Source of the DNA: a cyanobacterium endosymbiont of Epithemia turgida isolate EtSB Lake Yunoko
Lineage (GTDB): Bacteria; Cyanobacteriota; Cyanobacteriia; Cyanobacteriales; Microcystaceae
Direction of reading: 5' to 3'
Assembly (NCBI RefSeq): GCF_000829235.1
Contig: NZ_AP012549.1
Coordinates: 510,001-542,000, forward strand
Length of the DNA: 32,000 nt
The stretch's first letter is position 1, and each line of letters begins with the position of its first letter. Of the stretch, positions 10,564 to 20,032 are shown one piece after another. The notes under the pieces were generated by a model. It was not told the DNA's origin. It did no database searches and saw nothing but the letters and a program-made list of their open reading frames with translations. Made by a program: the position numbers and the translations under genes.

Positions 10564-12751
10564 CATCTCGAAGAATTCTAGTCTTTAGGTAAGCATTGTT
10601 CAACTTATTTTCATTGATTGAACTTTAGTAATTACTCACAAGTTGATTGTTTATACAAACAATACTAATTTTTTATATCCAATTATAACCTAGCAAACTG
10701 AAATTTGAAACTTTAGCTACTTGTAATTTTAAATGTTATTAGCTAAGGTAAGTTGAACTAATGTTGTTATCTGAGCATAAATGCTTTTATCCGCGGATAC
10801 AAGATTAATAGTGTTTTTACTTTTTTAATTTTTTGACAGAGTTATGGAATAATAACAGTTGACAATAGATTTAACAAAAGTGCTACACACAGAATTCACA
10901 ATATTTAGAAAATTTTATTTCTTGGATATACAGTAGATAAAAAAACAACCCATTTTTTTAAAATTTTTATCAACTTTAATTAAGAGAATTAATGTCTTCG
11001 TAATATTTTCAATATTACAGAAATAGTCAACATTGATAGTTCTATTAAACTGGTAATGTTAAATTAAATAGTTAAATCTCAAGTCAAGAAACTTTGGAGT
11101 TAAAAATAGACTAAATTTTTGAATCTATGAGCTTTTGTTTCAATCAACTTCAACTTATTATTAATACTGTTTACCGTTCCCTAAATTGTTCTTTAGTCAG
11201 AACAGATAATAAATTCTATAATCCAATGTTTAGCCTAATTGTTTCACGAGTATTTAGCTACAATAAATAAGTTTTATGACACATATTAGTTAAGTTCAAT
11301 AGTCATGATATTAAATATTAATTTTTATTAAAAATATTTGTTTATTGATATTGAATTTTAAAAAATAAACCTAAATTAACTTTTAATTTTTTTGTAATTA
11401 TTTCTATCCCTGATCTACTTATTCGATTTCTTTTCGCAGTATTCTTGATATCACTATTTAAAGTCTCTTGAATTAGTTTTTTTAAAAATTTTTAGTATAT
11501 GTTATCTTCTTTTAAAGAAAATTAACTTTTCTATAAATTTATTTTTATGTTAATTAAATCTAATTCAACGAAAATTAATTATGATATGAACGGTTGTCTT
11601 TGATTAAAGTAATTCAATAATAGTTAATTTATAAATATAAAGTCTCTAAGAGATGAATTTTTTTAAAGAATTTTAAAAAATAGTTTAAAAACTTTTATTA
11701 ATTTATAAACTTTTTAAAAAATATTAAAACCAATCAAAATTAAGGCTAGTGGATAGAATATCATAGGCATAATTTTACATTTTTTTGCAAAATAATAGAA
11801 AAAATATAAATCATCAATATATATTATCTAATAAAAGTTTATATGCTCATATTAAAGTAAAAAATAAACCTAAAAAATAGAAATAGATAATTTTTAAACT
11901 TTTTAAAGTAAACTTTTAAAAAGTTTAAAAACCTAAAAAATCTACATTTAAAAGCCAATATAGATATATGTTTTTTTCAATGAACTTAGAGCAGGATTGA
12001 AGCTAATCTCGTTTAAGAAAGATAAACTTTTTCAAAGATACTACAAGGCTATAAATAGTCATATACTTATGAATTTATTAAACTTTTAACAAAAAAATTT
12101 TATAATATAAGACTCAAAGAGGAAATATAAAATAGTTGAGTTTAGTTTATGAATATTTGATTAAGAATATAGCTCTATCTAAAAAAAGTTTTATTGATAT
12201 AAGATAATATAGTCTAGTTTTAGAGCAAAAAGAGAAAAATTTATTTAGCAATTACTAAAAAGTGTTTGCTGGGTTTCTATTTATAATTCAAGCCAGCATA
12301 AAGATTATAGATGTTAATATGCAAGCCTTGAGTCAATGAGTATTTTTGAACAATTAATGAAATGAAAGAAGTATTACTGAATCGTTATCATATATTCAAT
12401 AAAATAAAAAAAATTAAGAATATAACTTATTTTAATTGGCTAAATTTTCAATTTCTTTTTCTAGGAGAATGTGTCCGTCGCATTTAGTATCAGACAATAA
12501 GTAAAGAAGTTGAAAGAATTGTAGTATATTTTTATAATCGATTTTCCTAAGTAGTGATCGAAAAAATTAATCAAGAAATTAAATTGATTATAAAAGATAA
12601 GCTTATAGCTGAACTAACTTCGAGAGGTTTAGAAAAAAAAAGAAGAGTTTGATTAAATAAGTATTTCTCCTATAAACTTATAACACTCAATATAGAAAAG
12701 CTTTATTCATTAAGATCTTTTGAGTTAAACCGAAAAATTAGAGTTAAACAA

Positions 12752-14272
12752 TTAAGGCAACCATTGAGGATGAAATCCAATTAGAGGTAATTCTTTTAGT
12801 TCCACTTGAGTATTCACAGTATTTTGTGTTGGTGGAATCAGTAGCCATAATTGTCCGCCGACAATTGCTTCTCCTGAATTACTAGTTAATTTATCATTAA
12901 AAATGGGATTGTCACTAGTTACAACCTGATCAAATAAAAGAGCTAAACCGTCGGGGGATAAACTAATCTTTATATCCCGATAATCGGATAAAGTTGCCAA
13001 AGGGACCATAGCTCCTTTTTTAAGATCAAACTTCGCAAAATAAGGTTGTTCTTTGTATTCTTCAGTATTTACCAATTCGGTTAGTAAGCAATAAAGAATA
13101 GTTCCCTTTAAATTGAACTGACAATCAATGATAGACCCTTCAGTTGTTAGGAGTTCTTTTTGCACCCCTTGATTATTCACATAAAAAAGTGATCGCATGT
13201 AACGCAAATTAGCATCATCTGTATTGAAGTCTACCATAGCTGCCGCTGAACCATTAGGAGCAAAATTGAGTAATTGACCGAATTTAGGTAAAAAATCCAA
13301 GGGTTCAGCCAGAGGTTCTAGGGGTAAAATTCCAATTCCTTCTCCCCTAGCTACTGCTAACGTCTGGCTATCAGGAGTAATGGAAAACTCTCCCCCCGTT
13401 ACTTTTAACCGTTCCGGTTTGTCTCCAGATTTCAGCATCCACAGATCAAAATCAGCTGGATTTTGGCGGTTAACTCGTTGTACTACAATAATTTTTCCAT
13501 TATCTGACAAATCAAATTGGTTATTTTGATAGTCTTCATTATCAAGTATCAGTTCTATTTTCCCTGGTTGATTAGCCGTAGGGTTATCCACCCCATTATC
13601 AACTCCTGTTGTCACTTTATACAGTTGCAATTCTCGTAATCCCTCAATTCCTCGACCTTGAGAGGCAGCCGAAAAAAGGATGTAATCACCTTGAGGATAA
13701 AATTCAAAGTCAATGACAACTAGCTCTCTAGGAGTTAAAATTCGCTTATTCTGTCGGGTTAAATTATAAAAAACCAGTCTTCCTTCTTCTTTCCCTTGAG
13801 TTCCAATGTAAGCTAAAGCGCGATCACGACTTTGAAACTCTCCCATAAATGGTTCCATTACTTCCCCTGGTTGTCCTTGTTGTCTAAACCGTTCCCTGGC
13901 CCCAGAAAGATGGATTTGATAGGTTTGTCCGTAGGGAACTGGATTTTTTAAGGTGTAAGCCAGTCGTCGTCCAGCCCAACTGAATTTACCAGGAACAGGA
14001 GGATCAATCACTAAATTTTTTTCAACACTAACAGTATCCATCGGGCGATCAAAGGTTAAAATAAATGCTCGATCTTTGGCCCCAATTTGCTTATTTTGCC
14101 AGGTTAAACTTTTAACTCGCGGTCCTTTTCTTAAAAAACATTGACTTCCACAGTTTTTTTCTCCTATGATCAAACCTACAATGACCAACATTAAGGCGGC
14201 CATGATAAATAAAGAAATTCTGTCAATAGGTCGCAATACTAACTTATTCATAAGAACATAGTTAAACAACAA
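12752..14272 (-). CDS. Membrane-anchored protein with an Ig-like domain and TolB/PD40-like beta-propeller repeats; function unknown
   Basis: 506-aa ORF. The TTG at 14270-14272 is probably an ORF-caller start, and ATG at 14249-14251 (MNKLVLRP...) is more likely. It has an N-terminal TM helix (ISLFIMAALMLVIVGLIIG). An SbsA-Ig-like segment follows (FDRPMDTVSVEKNLVIDPPVPGKFSWAGRRLAYTL). After that come repeated beta-strand-rich blocks reminiscent of PD40/TolB propellers. It lies 32 nt downstream of the TIGR03943 gene. Confidence 0.6.
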   Translation of the reverse strand: MLFNYVLMNKLVLRPIDRISLFIMAALMLVIVGLIIGEKNCGSQCFLRKGPRVKSLTWQNKQIGAKDRAFILTFDRPMDTVSVEKNLVIDPPVPGKFSWAGRRLAYTLKNPVPYGQTYQIHLSGARERFRQQGQPGEVMEPFMGEFQSRDRALAYIGTQGKEEGRLVFYNLTRQNKRILTPRELVVIDFEFYPQGDYILFSAASQGRGIEGLRELQLYKVTTGVDNGVDNPTANQPGKIELILDNEDYQNNQFDLSDNGKIIVVQRVNRQNPADFDLWMLKSGDKPERLKVTGGEFSITPDSQTLAVARGEGIGILPLEPLAEPLDFLPKFGQLLNFAPNGSAAAMVDFNTDDANLRYMRSLFYVNNQGVQKELLTTEGSIIDCQFNLKGTILYCLLTELVNTEEYKEQPYFAKFDLKKGAMVPLATLSDYRDIKISLSPDGLALLFDQVVTSDNPIFNDKLTSNSGEAIVGGQLWLLIPPTQNTVNTQVELKELPLIGFHPQWLP

Positions 14273-14303
14273 TTAATTTCTTTTCAAAAAGTTATATTTT
14301 AGT

Positions 14304-15152
14304 TTAATATCCATAAGGAGAATCAGGAGTCGGAATAGTCTTAATAGACGTAGCTTCTAACACCAATTGACGTTTTTCTGTAGGGTTTTCTTTCATAGTT
14401 TGTGTATCAATTTTTAGAGTTTCTGTCATCATTAATGCTTCTACTTCTAACCAAGTATCAGGAGGATAAGCACTGCGATCACCCTCTAATTTTAAAGGCA
14501 ACCCTACCGGATAAGCATCTACTGCACAACAAGTAATAATAAAACGACTTAGAAAAATGTAATTGTTAGGTAGAATAGGGGAGTGAACGACAAATCCTGT
14601 GACTTTAGCCTTTTGTCCTTTATAGGCATCAGGTTCAGGATAAGCATTCAAGGTACGTATCCATTCTATGAGGGATCTCTCCTCTGGTTTCACAGTAGTT
14701 CTAAAGGTTTGGGTTTGAGTTTGAGTGATGGGCAAAGATTCAGAAATTCCCCTTTGTAGTGCCATTTGACTGTTGAAAATGGTTGGAGGAATCACTAATC
14801 CAGTAATCGCTGTCACAATTAACAAACCACTGCTCCATCCAGGTGGAAATAAAGTAATATGTTGAACGGACTCAAAATTTGCTATATTAGTGTTTTTGCG
14901 GCTGATATTCTTAATAACTTGCCAGGTTTTGAGCCCAGCTAACAAAAAGAGGATAATACTGGTGACAAAAACCAGCCAAAAGTAATTGGGGTGAATCAAT
15001 AACTTCAACTGACCAGTTACCCAATATTTAAATAATAAAATCGCCCAAGTCAGTAAGGCTAAAACATCTAACCCTGGTAGGAGACGCCTTAGAAAAGATT
15101 GTAATTTCGAAAGAAAATTCATTATTATAGCTAGTATCACCTGATTAGGCAC
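14304..15152 (-). CDS. TIGR03943/DUF1980-family protein, the putative second subunit of a two-component permease
   Basis: 282-aa ORF with a GTG start at 15150-15152; an alternative ATG lies at 15120-15122 (MNFLSKLQ...). Three N-terminal TM helices are followed by a soluble C-terminal domain with the paired-Cys motif FIITCCAVDAYPVGLP. It lies 10 nt downstream of a PF03773 permease, which is the canonical pairing for this family. Confidence 0.7.
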   Translation of the reverse strand: MPNQVILAIIMNFLSKLQSFLRRLLPGLDVLALLTWAILLFKYWVTGQLKLLIHPNYFWLVFVTSIILFLLAGLKTWQVIKNISRKNTNIANFESVQHITLFPPGWSSGLLIVTAITGLVIPPTIFNSQMALQRGISESLPITQTQTQTFRTTVKPEERSLIEWIRTLNAYPEPDAYKGQKAKVTGFVVHSPILPNNYIFLSRFIITCCAVDAYPVGLPLKLEGDRSAYPPDTWLEVEALMMTETLKIDTQTMKENPTEKRQLVLEATSIKTIPTPDSPYGY

Positions 15153-15162
15153 TGTTTTTATT

Positions 15163-16203
15163 TTAGAAAAAATAACTATGATATAAGGCTAAGATAAAGG
15201 TTAATTGAGCAATTAAGACAAACAAATAAATCAACATTCTGGGTTTAAAGATTGAAAACATCAAACCGATTGCTTTAATATCAATCATGGGACCAAAGAC
15301 CAAAAACGCGAGCAAAGAACTTGTCGTGAAGGTAGACGCAAAGGAAAGGGCAAAAAAGGAATCTACTGTTGAACAAATAGACACAATTGCCGCTAAGAGC
15401 ATCATAGCTATAATAGAGCTAATGGTTCCCTGACCTAAGTCAAGAATCATTTCACGGGGAACAAAGACCTGTAAACAAGCAGCAATTGAACTCCCTAAAA
15501 TTAGCATTCCTCCCAATTCTCTTAATTCTTGTACAACATTATCCAAAACTAGTTTAAATCGTTTAGTTGAGTCTGGAGTAGAGTTTGTGGATGAGGCAAT
15601 CGCTGTTTCTGCCATTGCCTCGATTGATAAGGGTTTTCCTGGTTTATCAAGTAAAAAAGTTCCTGACTGCAGCAATGTCAGGCTATCTTGACGAAAGCCT
15701 TCTTGAGTTGACAAATTCCTTTTACTTATCTGATGGCGTAATCTAGTGACTCGTTGTGCTAAAAATGGTTGCAACAGAGGGCGGGAATCTTTTTCGACAC
15801 TGAAAACACAGCCCATGAACACAGCAATGCTTAAGGAAAATACAATCCTAAAAACAACAATTTCTGGTTGTCCCCGAAAAGCTACCCAAGTTGACCAAAT
15901 AACAACAGGATTAATGGTCGGGGCAGCTAATAAAAAACCAATAGCTGCTGAAGTAGGTATTCCCTGCATCAACAGTCGTCGCGCTACTGGAACGTTTCCA
16001 CATTCACACACGGGGAACAAAAAACCAATACAACTACCGGCCAATGCTCCTAAAAAGGGATTTTTAGGCAATATTTTGATTAATCTTTCCTCATCAATCA
16101 ATAGCAGTAAAATACTTGATAGTAATACTCCTAATAAAAGAAAGGGAAAAGCTTCTATCAGCAGGCTAAGAAATAATGTGAAGGCGTTATATAGTTGACT
16201 CAT
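15163..16203 (-). CDS. PF03773 (ArsP_1/DUF318) family predicted permease
   Basis: 346-aa polytopic membrane ORF with ATG at 16201-16203. It has the family motif FPVCECGNVPVARRL and a second hydrophobic half after a hydrophilic loop. Confidence 0.75.
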   Translation of the reverse strand: MSQLYNAFTLFLSLLIEAFPFLLLGVLLSSILLLLIDEERLIKILPKNPFLGALAGSCIGFLFPVCECGNVPVARRLLMQGIPTSAAIGFLLAAPTINPVVIWSTWVAFRGQPEIVVFRIVFSLSIAVFMGCVFSVEKDSRPLLQPFLAQRVTRLRHQISKRNLSTQEGFRQDSLTLLQSGTFLLDKPGKPLSIEAMAETAIASSTNSTPDSTKRFKLVLDNVVQELRELGGMLILGSSIAACLQVFVPREMILDLGQGTISSIIAMMLLAAIVSICSTVDSFFALSFASTFTTSSLLAFLVFGPMIDIKAIGLMFSIFKPRMLIYLFVLIAQLTFILALYHSYFF

Positions 16204-16351
16204 TATCAGTGATTTGAGGATTTCTTTAGGCTGAACTTATCCTAAACCTTAAAGGATATGAGCACCTTAACAAATCCCTTGATTGGTTTATTATGGAAGC
16301 CCGTGCAGCACAAATTTATAGTTCAGTATTGATAGAATAATAAATAATGCC

Positions 16352-17617
16352 TTACGTCTTCAATAAACTTAAGGACGCCCGTAATAGCATAATAGGATTT
16401 AAAGAAGAAAATCGGGTTAAATTACAGGCGGAGGCAGAACGAGTAACCTGTAGGTTTAATAGCTGATAATCCCAGGATCTTTTCTTAAACCAGTCTATAG
16501 CAACAGCTAAGTTTTCCACTGTTGCTAGTGCTATAACTAAGATTCCATCTTTAGCCAACTTATCTTTGCAGACTTCTAAAATTGGAATAATGTTTCCCCC
16601 ACTTCTTCCCATAAAAATACGATGAGGTTGGGGTAAGTCAGCTAGAATACCAAGGGCTTTTCCATGAATGGGGACAACATTAAAAGCTTTAAGATGCTGC
16701 CAGTTTTTTCAATAAATGTAATTACAACTGCTGTTTTTTCTAGAGCATAAATTTTGGAATTAGGACATAATCTGGCAATTTCAACAGATACATATCCTGT
16801 TCCTGCGCCAATATCCCAAACAATTTGTTTATTATCTAGGGATAATTATCCCAGAATGCTAATGCAACTTTCTTGTTTTGTAATCAATCCTGGTCTATCT
16901 TTAAAGGTAGAAAATAAATTATCAGGCAGACCAAATAAAGGTAAGTCATTAAGATCAATTTATAAAAAGTTATTTAAAGGTTTTTGTAAAATAACAACAA
17001 TATTAAGAGAAGCAAATATATCAGGTTTATTTTCTGCTAAAGAATTAGCAGAAAATAAACCTGTATTTTTTCAGTATAATATACTTTGTTTTTACAAACT
17101 AAAAATTAATAATAATAAGATAAATTTAAACTAAGATAAAAACGAGTAATTACTGATAGATTGTGATTGTGAGTGCGATATGTTAAAATAACATTTTTAT
17201 TAACTCCCTGTTTAAATAAATAATGCAATTAAGTTATCTATTTATCGTCCGTAAATGCTGATAGTTTTAGTGTCTTGCCAAGGTATTTTAGGTAAATTAA
17301 GTACTAATTGTATACTACTTATATGAGTATAAAACTTTAAATTTTTTGTTGGCAAATACTCTATCAATAATCCTCCTAAAAAAAAATAGATCTCCAGTCA
17401 CTAAGATAAGAATCCAATTCTGATTGTCTTTTTCTTTATTAATTTCTTTGATATTTTTAAGTAAATCCTTCATGACTATTATTTTAGCAGGATACTCAAG
17501 AAAGTAGCTTAAGTGTTATTTACTTCCAACCAATAATGTAGCTTTATTGACAATTTCTTGGACTAGTTTAGTTAGTCCCATTACTCTGTTTAAACTAATT
17601 ACTATTACTTTAATCAT
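16352..17617 (-). pseudogene. cobL: Precorrin-6Y C5,15-methyltransferase (decarboxylating), CbiE+CbiT fusion, inactivated
   Basis: From ATG at 17615-17617 the minus strand reads MIKVIVISLNRVMGLTKLVQEIVNKATLLVGSK*HL.., with an in-frame TAA at 17516-17518. It continues ..NWILILVTGDLFFF, where a frameshift occurs in a 9-nt homopolymer (A9 on the + strand, 17378-17386). Then comes GGLLIEYLPTKNLKFYTHISSIQLVLNLPKIPWQDTKTISIYGR* (CbiE pattern). Further on is ..QIVWDIGAGTGYVSVEIARLCPNSKIYALEKTAVVITFIEK, with a second frameshift in the T6 run at 16704-16709. The last stretch is NWQHLKAFNVVPIHGKALGILADLPQPHRIFMGRSGGNIIPILE... (CbiT pattern). The total span of about 422 codons matches cobL. Confidence 0.8.
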
Positions 17618-17619
17618 AA

Positions 17620-18277
17620 TTATTTTAGACAATAGAGGTAATTTATTGATTTCCTGTTTTCTTGAAATGCTACTATCAATAAAATTTTAAAAATAGCAGA
17701 GGTAAGTGTTAATATCCCTTTGCAACCTTATACTCTAATCTGAGGCATACTAGTTTTAGCTAATATTTTTTGTGAGTAAACTACAGAAACAAAACCAACA
17801 GAGTAATCAATAATCAAGGTTGATTTTACTTTAGAAGTGACCAATTCTTTACATAAAGCTATTAAAGCAGTGGGGACATTTCCAATTACATAAATAGATT
17901 GAGGATATTGGTTAAAACAATTTAACAATCCAGTTTCGGTATGAGGTTTTCCAGGTAGGGCGTTGCTGACTTGTTCTATAGCAGCAATAATAGTATTTTG
18001 AAACGTTTTATTGACTAAAGTAAAGATTCCTTGTTTAACTATTGTAATATCGGTTACGATAGTCTTTACTTTTGGGCAAAAATTTGATGGTTTTAGTAAT
18101 TGCATCAGGGCTAAATTTAAGTAAATCAATAAAATCAAAATCTGTGGTAGAATGGATAACACGACGAGCAATTGCATACTCAAATTTATTAAGATTACAA
18201 TCTCCAACTTCACGATCAATAATCGCAAAACTTTTTTTAACAATTGTATGATTAAATTGTTGATTTATTTTTGGCAA
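17620..18277 (-). pseudogene. cobH: Precorrin-8X methylmutase, inactivated
   Basis: Two overlapping ORFs in different frames carry the N-terminal and C-terminal parts. The N-terminal ORF is 18035-18277: ..SFAIIDREVG..YAIARRVIHSTTDFDFIDLLKFSPDAI. The C-terminal ORF is 17728-18243: ..KTIVTDITIVKQGI...SIYVIGNVPTALIALCKELV..KSTLIIDYSVGFVSVVYSQKILA. The frame switch is at about 18070-18085, in short homopolymer runs. An in-frame TAA at 17728-17730 interrupts ..PQIRV*GCKGILTLTSAIFKIL, where I remember ..P.ItvrGrkGGS.vAaAivNAL. There is no ATG start; the ORF begins with TTG. Confidence 0.8.
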
Positions 18278-18723
18278 AAACCTTCATCAAAATAAAAGGA
18301 AATAAGAGATTTATTATAAATTTTTTAGTAGGTTTATAGAACATTGCCATTATGGATAGATTGATTAACTACCAGAAAAGACTTGGTGAATATCTACAAA
18401 ACTGAGAAAAATACGTTGCCCTGATACTAAAAAAAATTGGTAAGTAACATAGAAATAGTTATCCCTATTGTTTATTAATAAATAGACTTTTTTATCCTCT
18501 ATTTTGGGGTTATCTTATTACTGTTGCCTTGACGAATATTAGTTTATGGAAACAGAGTTTGAGACTATTTATTATGTCTCAGTATCTTCTACTCCTGATA
18601 CCTATGCTGTTACGCTTAAAACTAAGTAAGTTTCCGTTAATTCTTTCACAATGTAGATAACTTCTCTATGTGCACCTATGGCGCAACGACTAAAACTAAC
18701 TAGCTGCTGAACAGTAATAGTTT

Positions 18724-19896
18724 TTAACGTTCTTTAAGCCGTACGATTGCGTTAAGTTGGTTCATCGCCGTAGATATAATCAAATTAAAAACCAGATAAG
18801 TTATCATAACAATCAATAACATTTCTACTGCCTTTCCAGTTTGGTTGGAAACAGTATTAGCGACAGCATAAATGTCATTATAACCAATAGCAACTGCTAA
18901 ACTAGAATTTTTAGCTAGATTGAGAAATTCACTTGTTAATGGCGGAATCATAACTCGTAACGCTTGGGGAAAAATTACTAACCGCATTACTAAACTTGGG
19001 TTAAGTCCTAGTGCTTTAGCTGCCTCCCATTGTCCTTTAGACACTGATTGAATACCGGCCCTAACGATTTCAGCAATAAAGGCCGCCGTATAAATGGTTA
19101 GTCCCAATAACAATGTCGCAAATTCGGGGGATAAATTTAATCCTCCTTGAATGAGATTAATGTCACTATTATATTGAGGCAATTGCCAATCAATACCAAA
19201 GATAAAAATTAATGAAACAAAGATTAATATCCCCAGCATTAGTCCTTGATAAGGTCTTTCTTTTTTTTTCAACTGAACTATCATTTGATTCCGTTTACGC
19301 CAAACTAATCCAGCTAAAAAACTATTGAAAATAATAAATCCCAAAAACAAGAAAGTTTGTAAGTTACCTAAAGGACGAGGAAGATAAATTCCTTGATTAG
19401 AGAAGAAAATTAAATTATAAAAGTTACCAGGCTCATAAATTTTAGGGAATTTTAAAAAAACGGCAAAATACCAAAAAAATAATTGCAATAGTAAAGGAGT
19501 GTTTCGTACAGTTTCTACGTAAATTGAAGCCATTTTCCGGACTAACCAATTATCAGATAGTCTTCCTAATCCGACAGTAATACCGACAATAAAAGCTAAG
19601 ACAATACCACTAATCATTACTCTTAAAGAATTAAGTAATCCCACTAAAACTGCCCTGCCGTAGGAATCAGTAGAATTATAAGGAATCAAAGAGTCAGAAA
19701 TACTGAAAGATGCTGTGCGATCAGAATCAATTAAAAAAAATAATCCAAAATTTAATCCTAATCGTTTAAAATTATTAACCAAATTATTACTTAAAATTAA
19801 TATAACTAATCCTAAAACCAGGACAATGAATACTTGAAAGAAAGTCTTCAGAAAACGAGAGTCTCGCCATAATAGTATTTTTTTTTTGTCAATCAT
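18724..19896 (-). CDS. Polar amino-acid ABC transporter permease (AapQ/BztB/NatG-like)
   Basis: 390-aa polytopic ORF with ATG at 19894-19896. The long N-terminal membrane extension and the EAA-type loop region (..KGQWEAAKALGLNPSLVMRLVIFPQALRVMIPPLTSEFLNLAKNSSLA) are typical of the general L-amino-acid (Aap / cyanobacterial N-II) permease family. It lies directly downstream of the matching binding protein. Confidence 0.85.
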   Translation of the reverse strand: MIDKKKILLWRDSRFLKTFFQVFIVLVLGLVILILSNNLVNNFKRLGLNFGLFFLIDSDRTASFSISDSLIPYNSTDSYGRAVLVGLLNSLRVMISGIVLAFIVGITVGLGRLSDNWLVRKMASIYVETVRNTPLLLQLFFWYFAVFLKFPKIYEPGNFYNLIFFSNQGIYLPRPLGNLQTFLFLGFIIFNSFLAGLVWRKRNQMIVQLKKKERPYQGLMLGILIFVSLIFIFGIDWQLPQYNSDINLIQGGLNLSPEFATLLLGLTIYTAAFIAEIVRAGIQSVSKGQWEAAKALGLNPSLVMRLVIFPQALRVMIPPLTSEFLNLAKNSSLAVAIGYNDIYAVANTVSNQTGKAVEMLLIVMITYLVFNLIISTAMNQLNAIVRLKER

Positions 19897-20032
19897 TTTA
19901 GTTAGTAATTAATAGTGAATAATTTTAAAATTGTTAATAGCTTTAAAGCATAGTACTTCATGTTTAAAAGTTAGCAGTAAAACAGCTTCGACATCAGCTA
20001 TTAAGTATTACTCCTTAACTATATATAACATC

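Noticed and set aside
10598-10623. Candidate ftsY terminator (gttcaa ... ttgaac followed by ttt)
   Set aside because: It has only a 6-bp AT-rich stem with a 14-nt loop and a 3-nt T tail, which is too weak to call.
11640-11940. Possibility that the repeated A/T-rich words form a CRISPR-like or tandem-repeat array
   Set aside because: There is no constant repeat unit or regular spacing. The words are short, degenerate and pure A/T apart from single G/C bases.
15746-16198. 150-aa ORF on the + strand
   Set aside because: It is antisense to the PF03773 permease. Its basic, low-complexity translation is typical of the reverse frame of a membrane protein.
16195-16340. Possible Zur/Fur operator at the permease start (minus strand TGATAATGAGTCAAC) and the AT-rich string attgatagaataataaataatg
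   Set aside because: Only one half-site resembles the TGATAAT..ATTATCA type consensus, and in DNA this AT-rich such partial matches are expected by chance.
16754-17134. 126-aa ORF on the + strand
   Set aside because: It lies antisense within the cobL pseudogene. The real homology signal (CbiE/CbiT) is on the minus strand.
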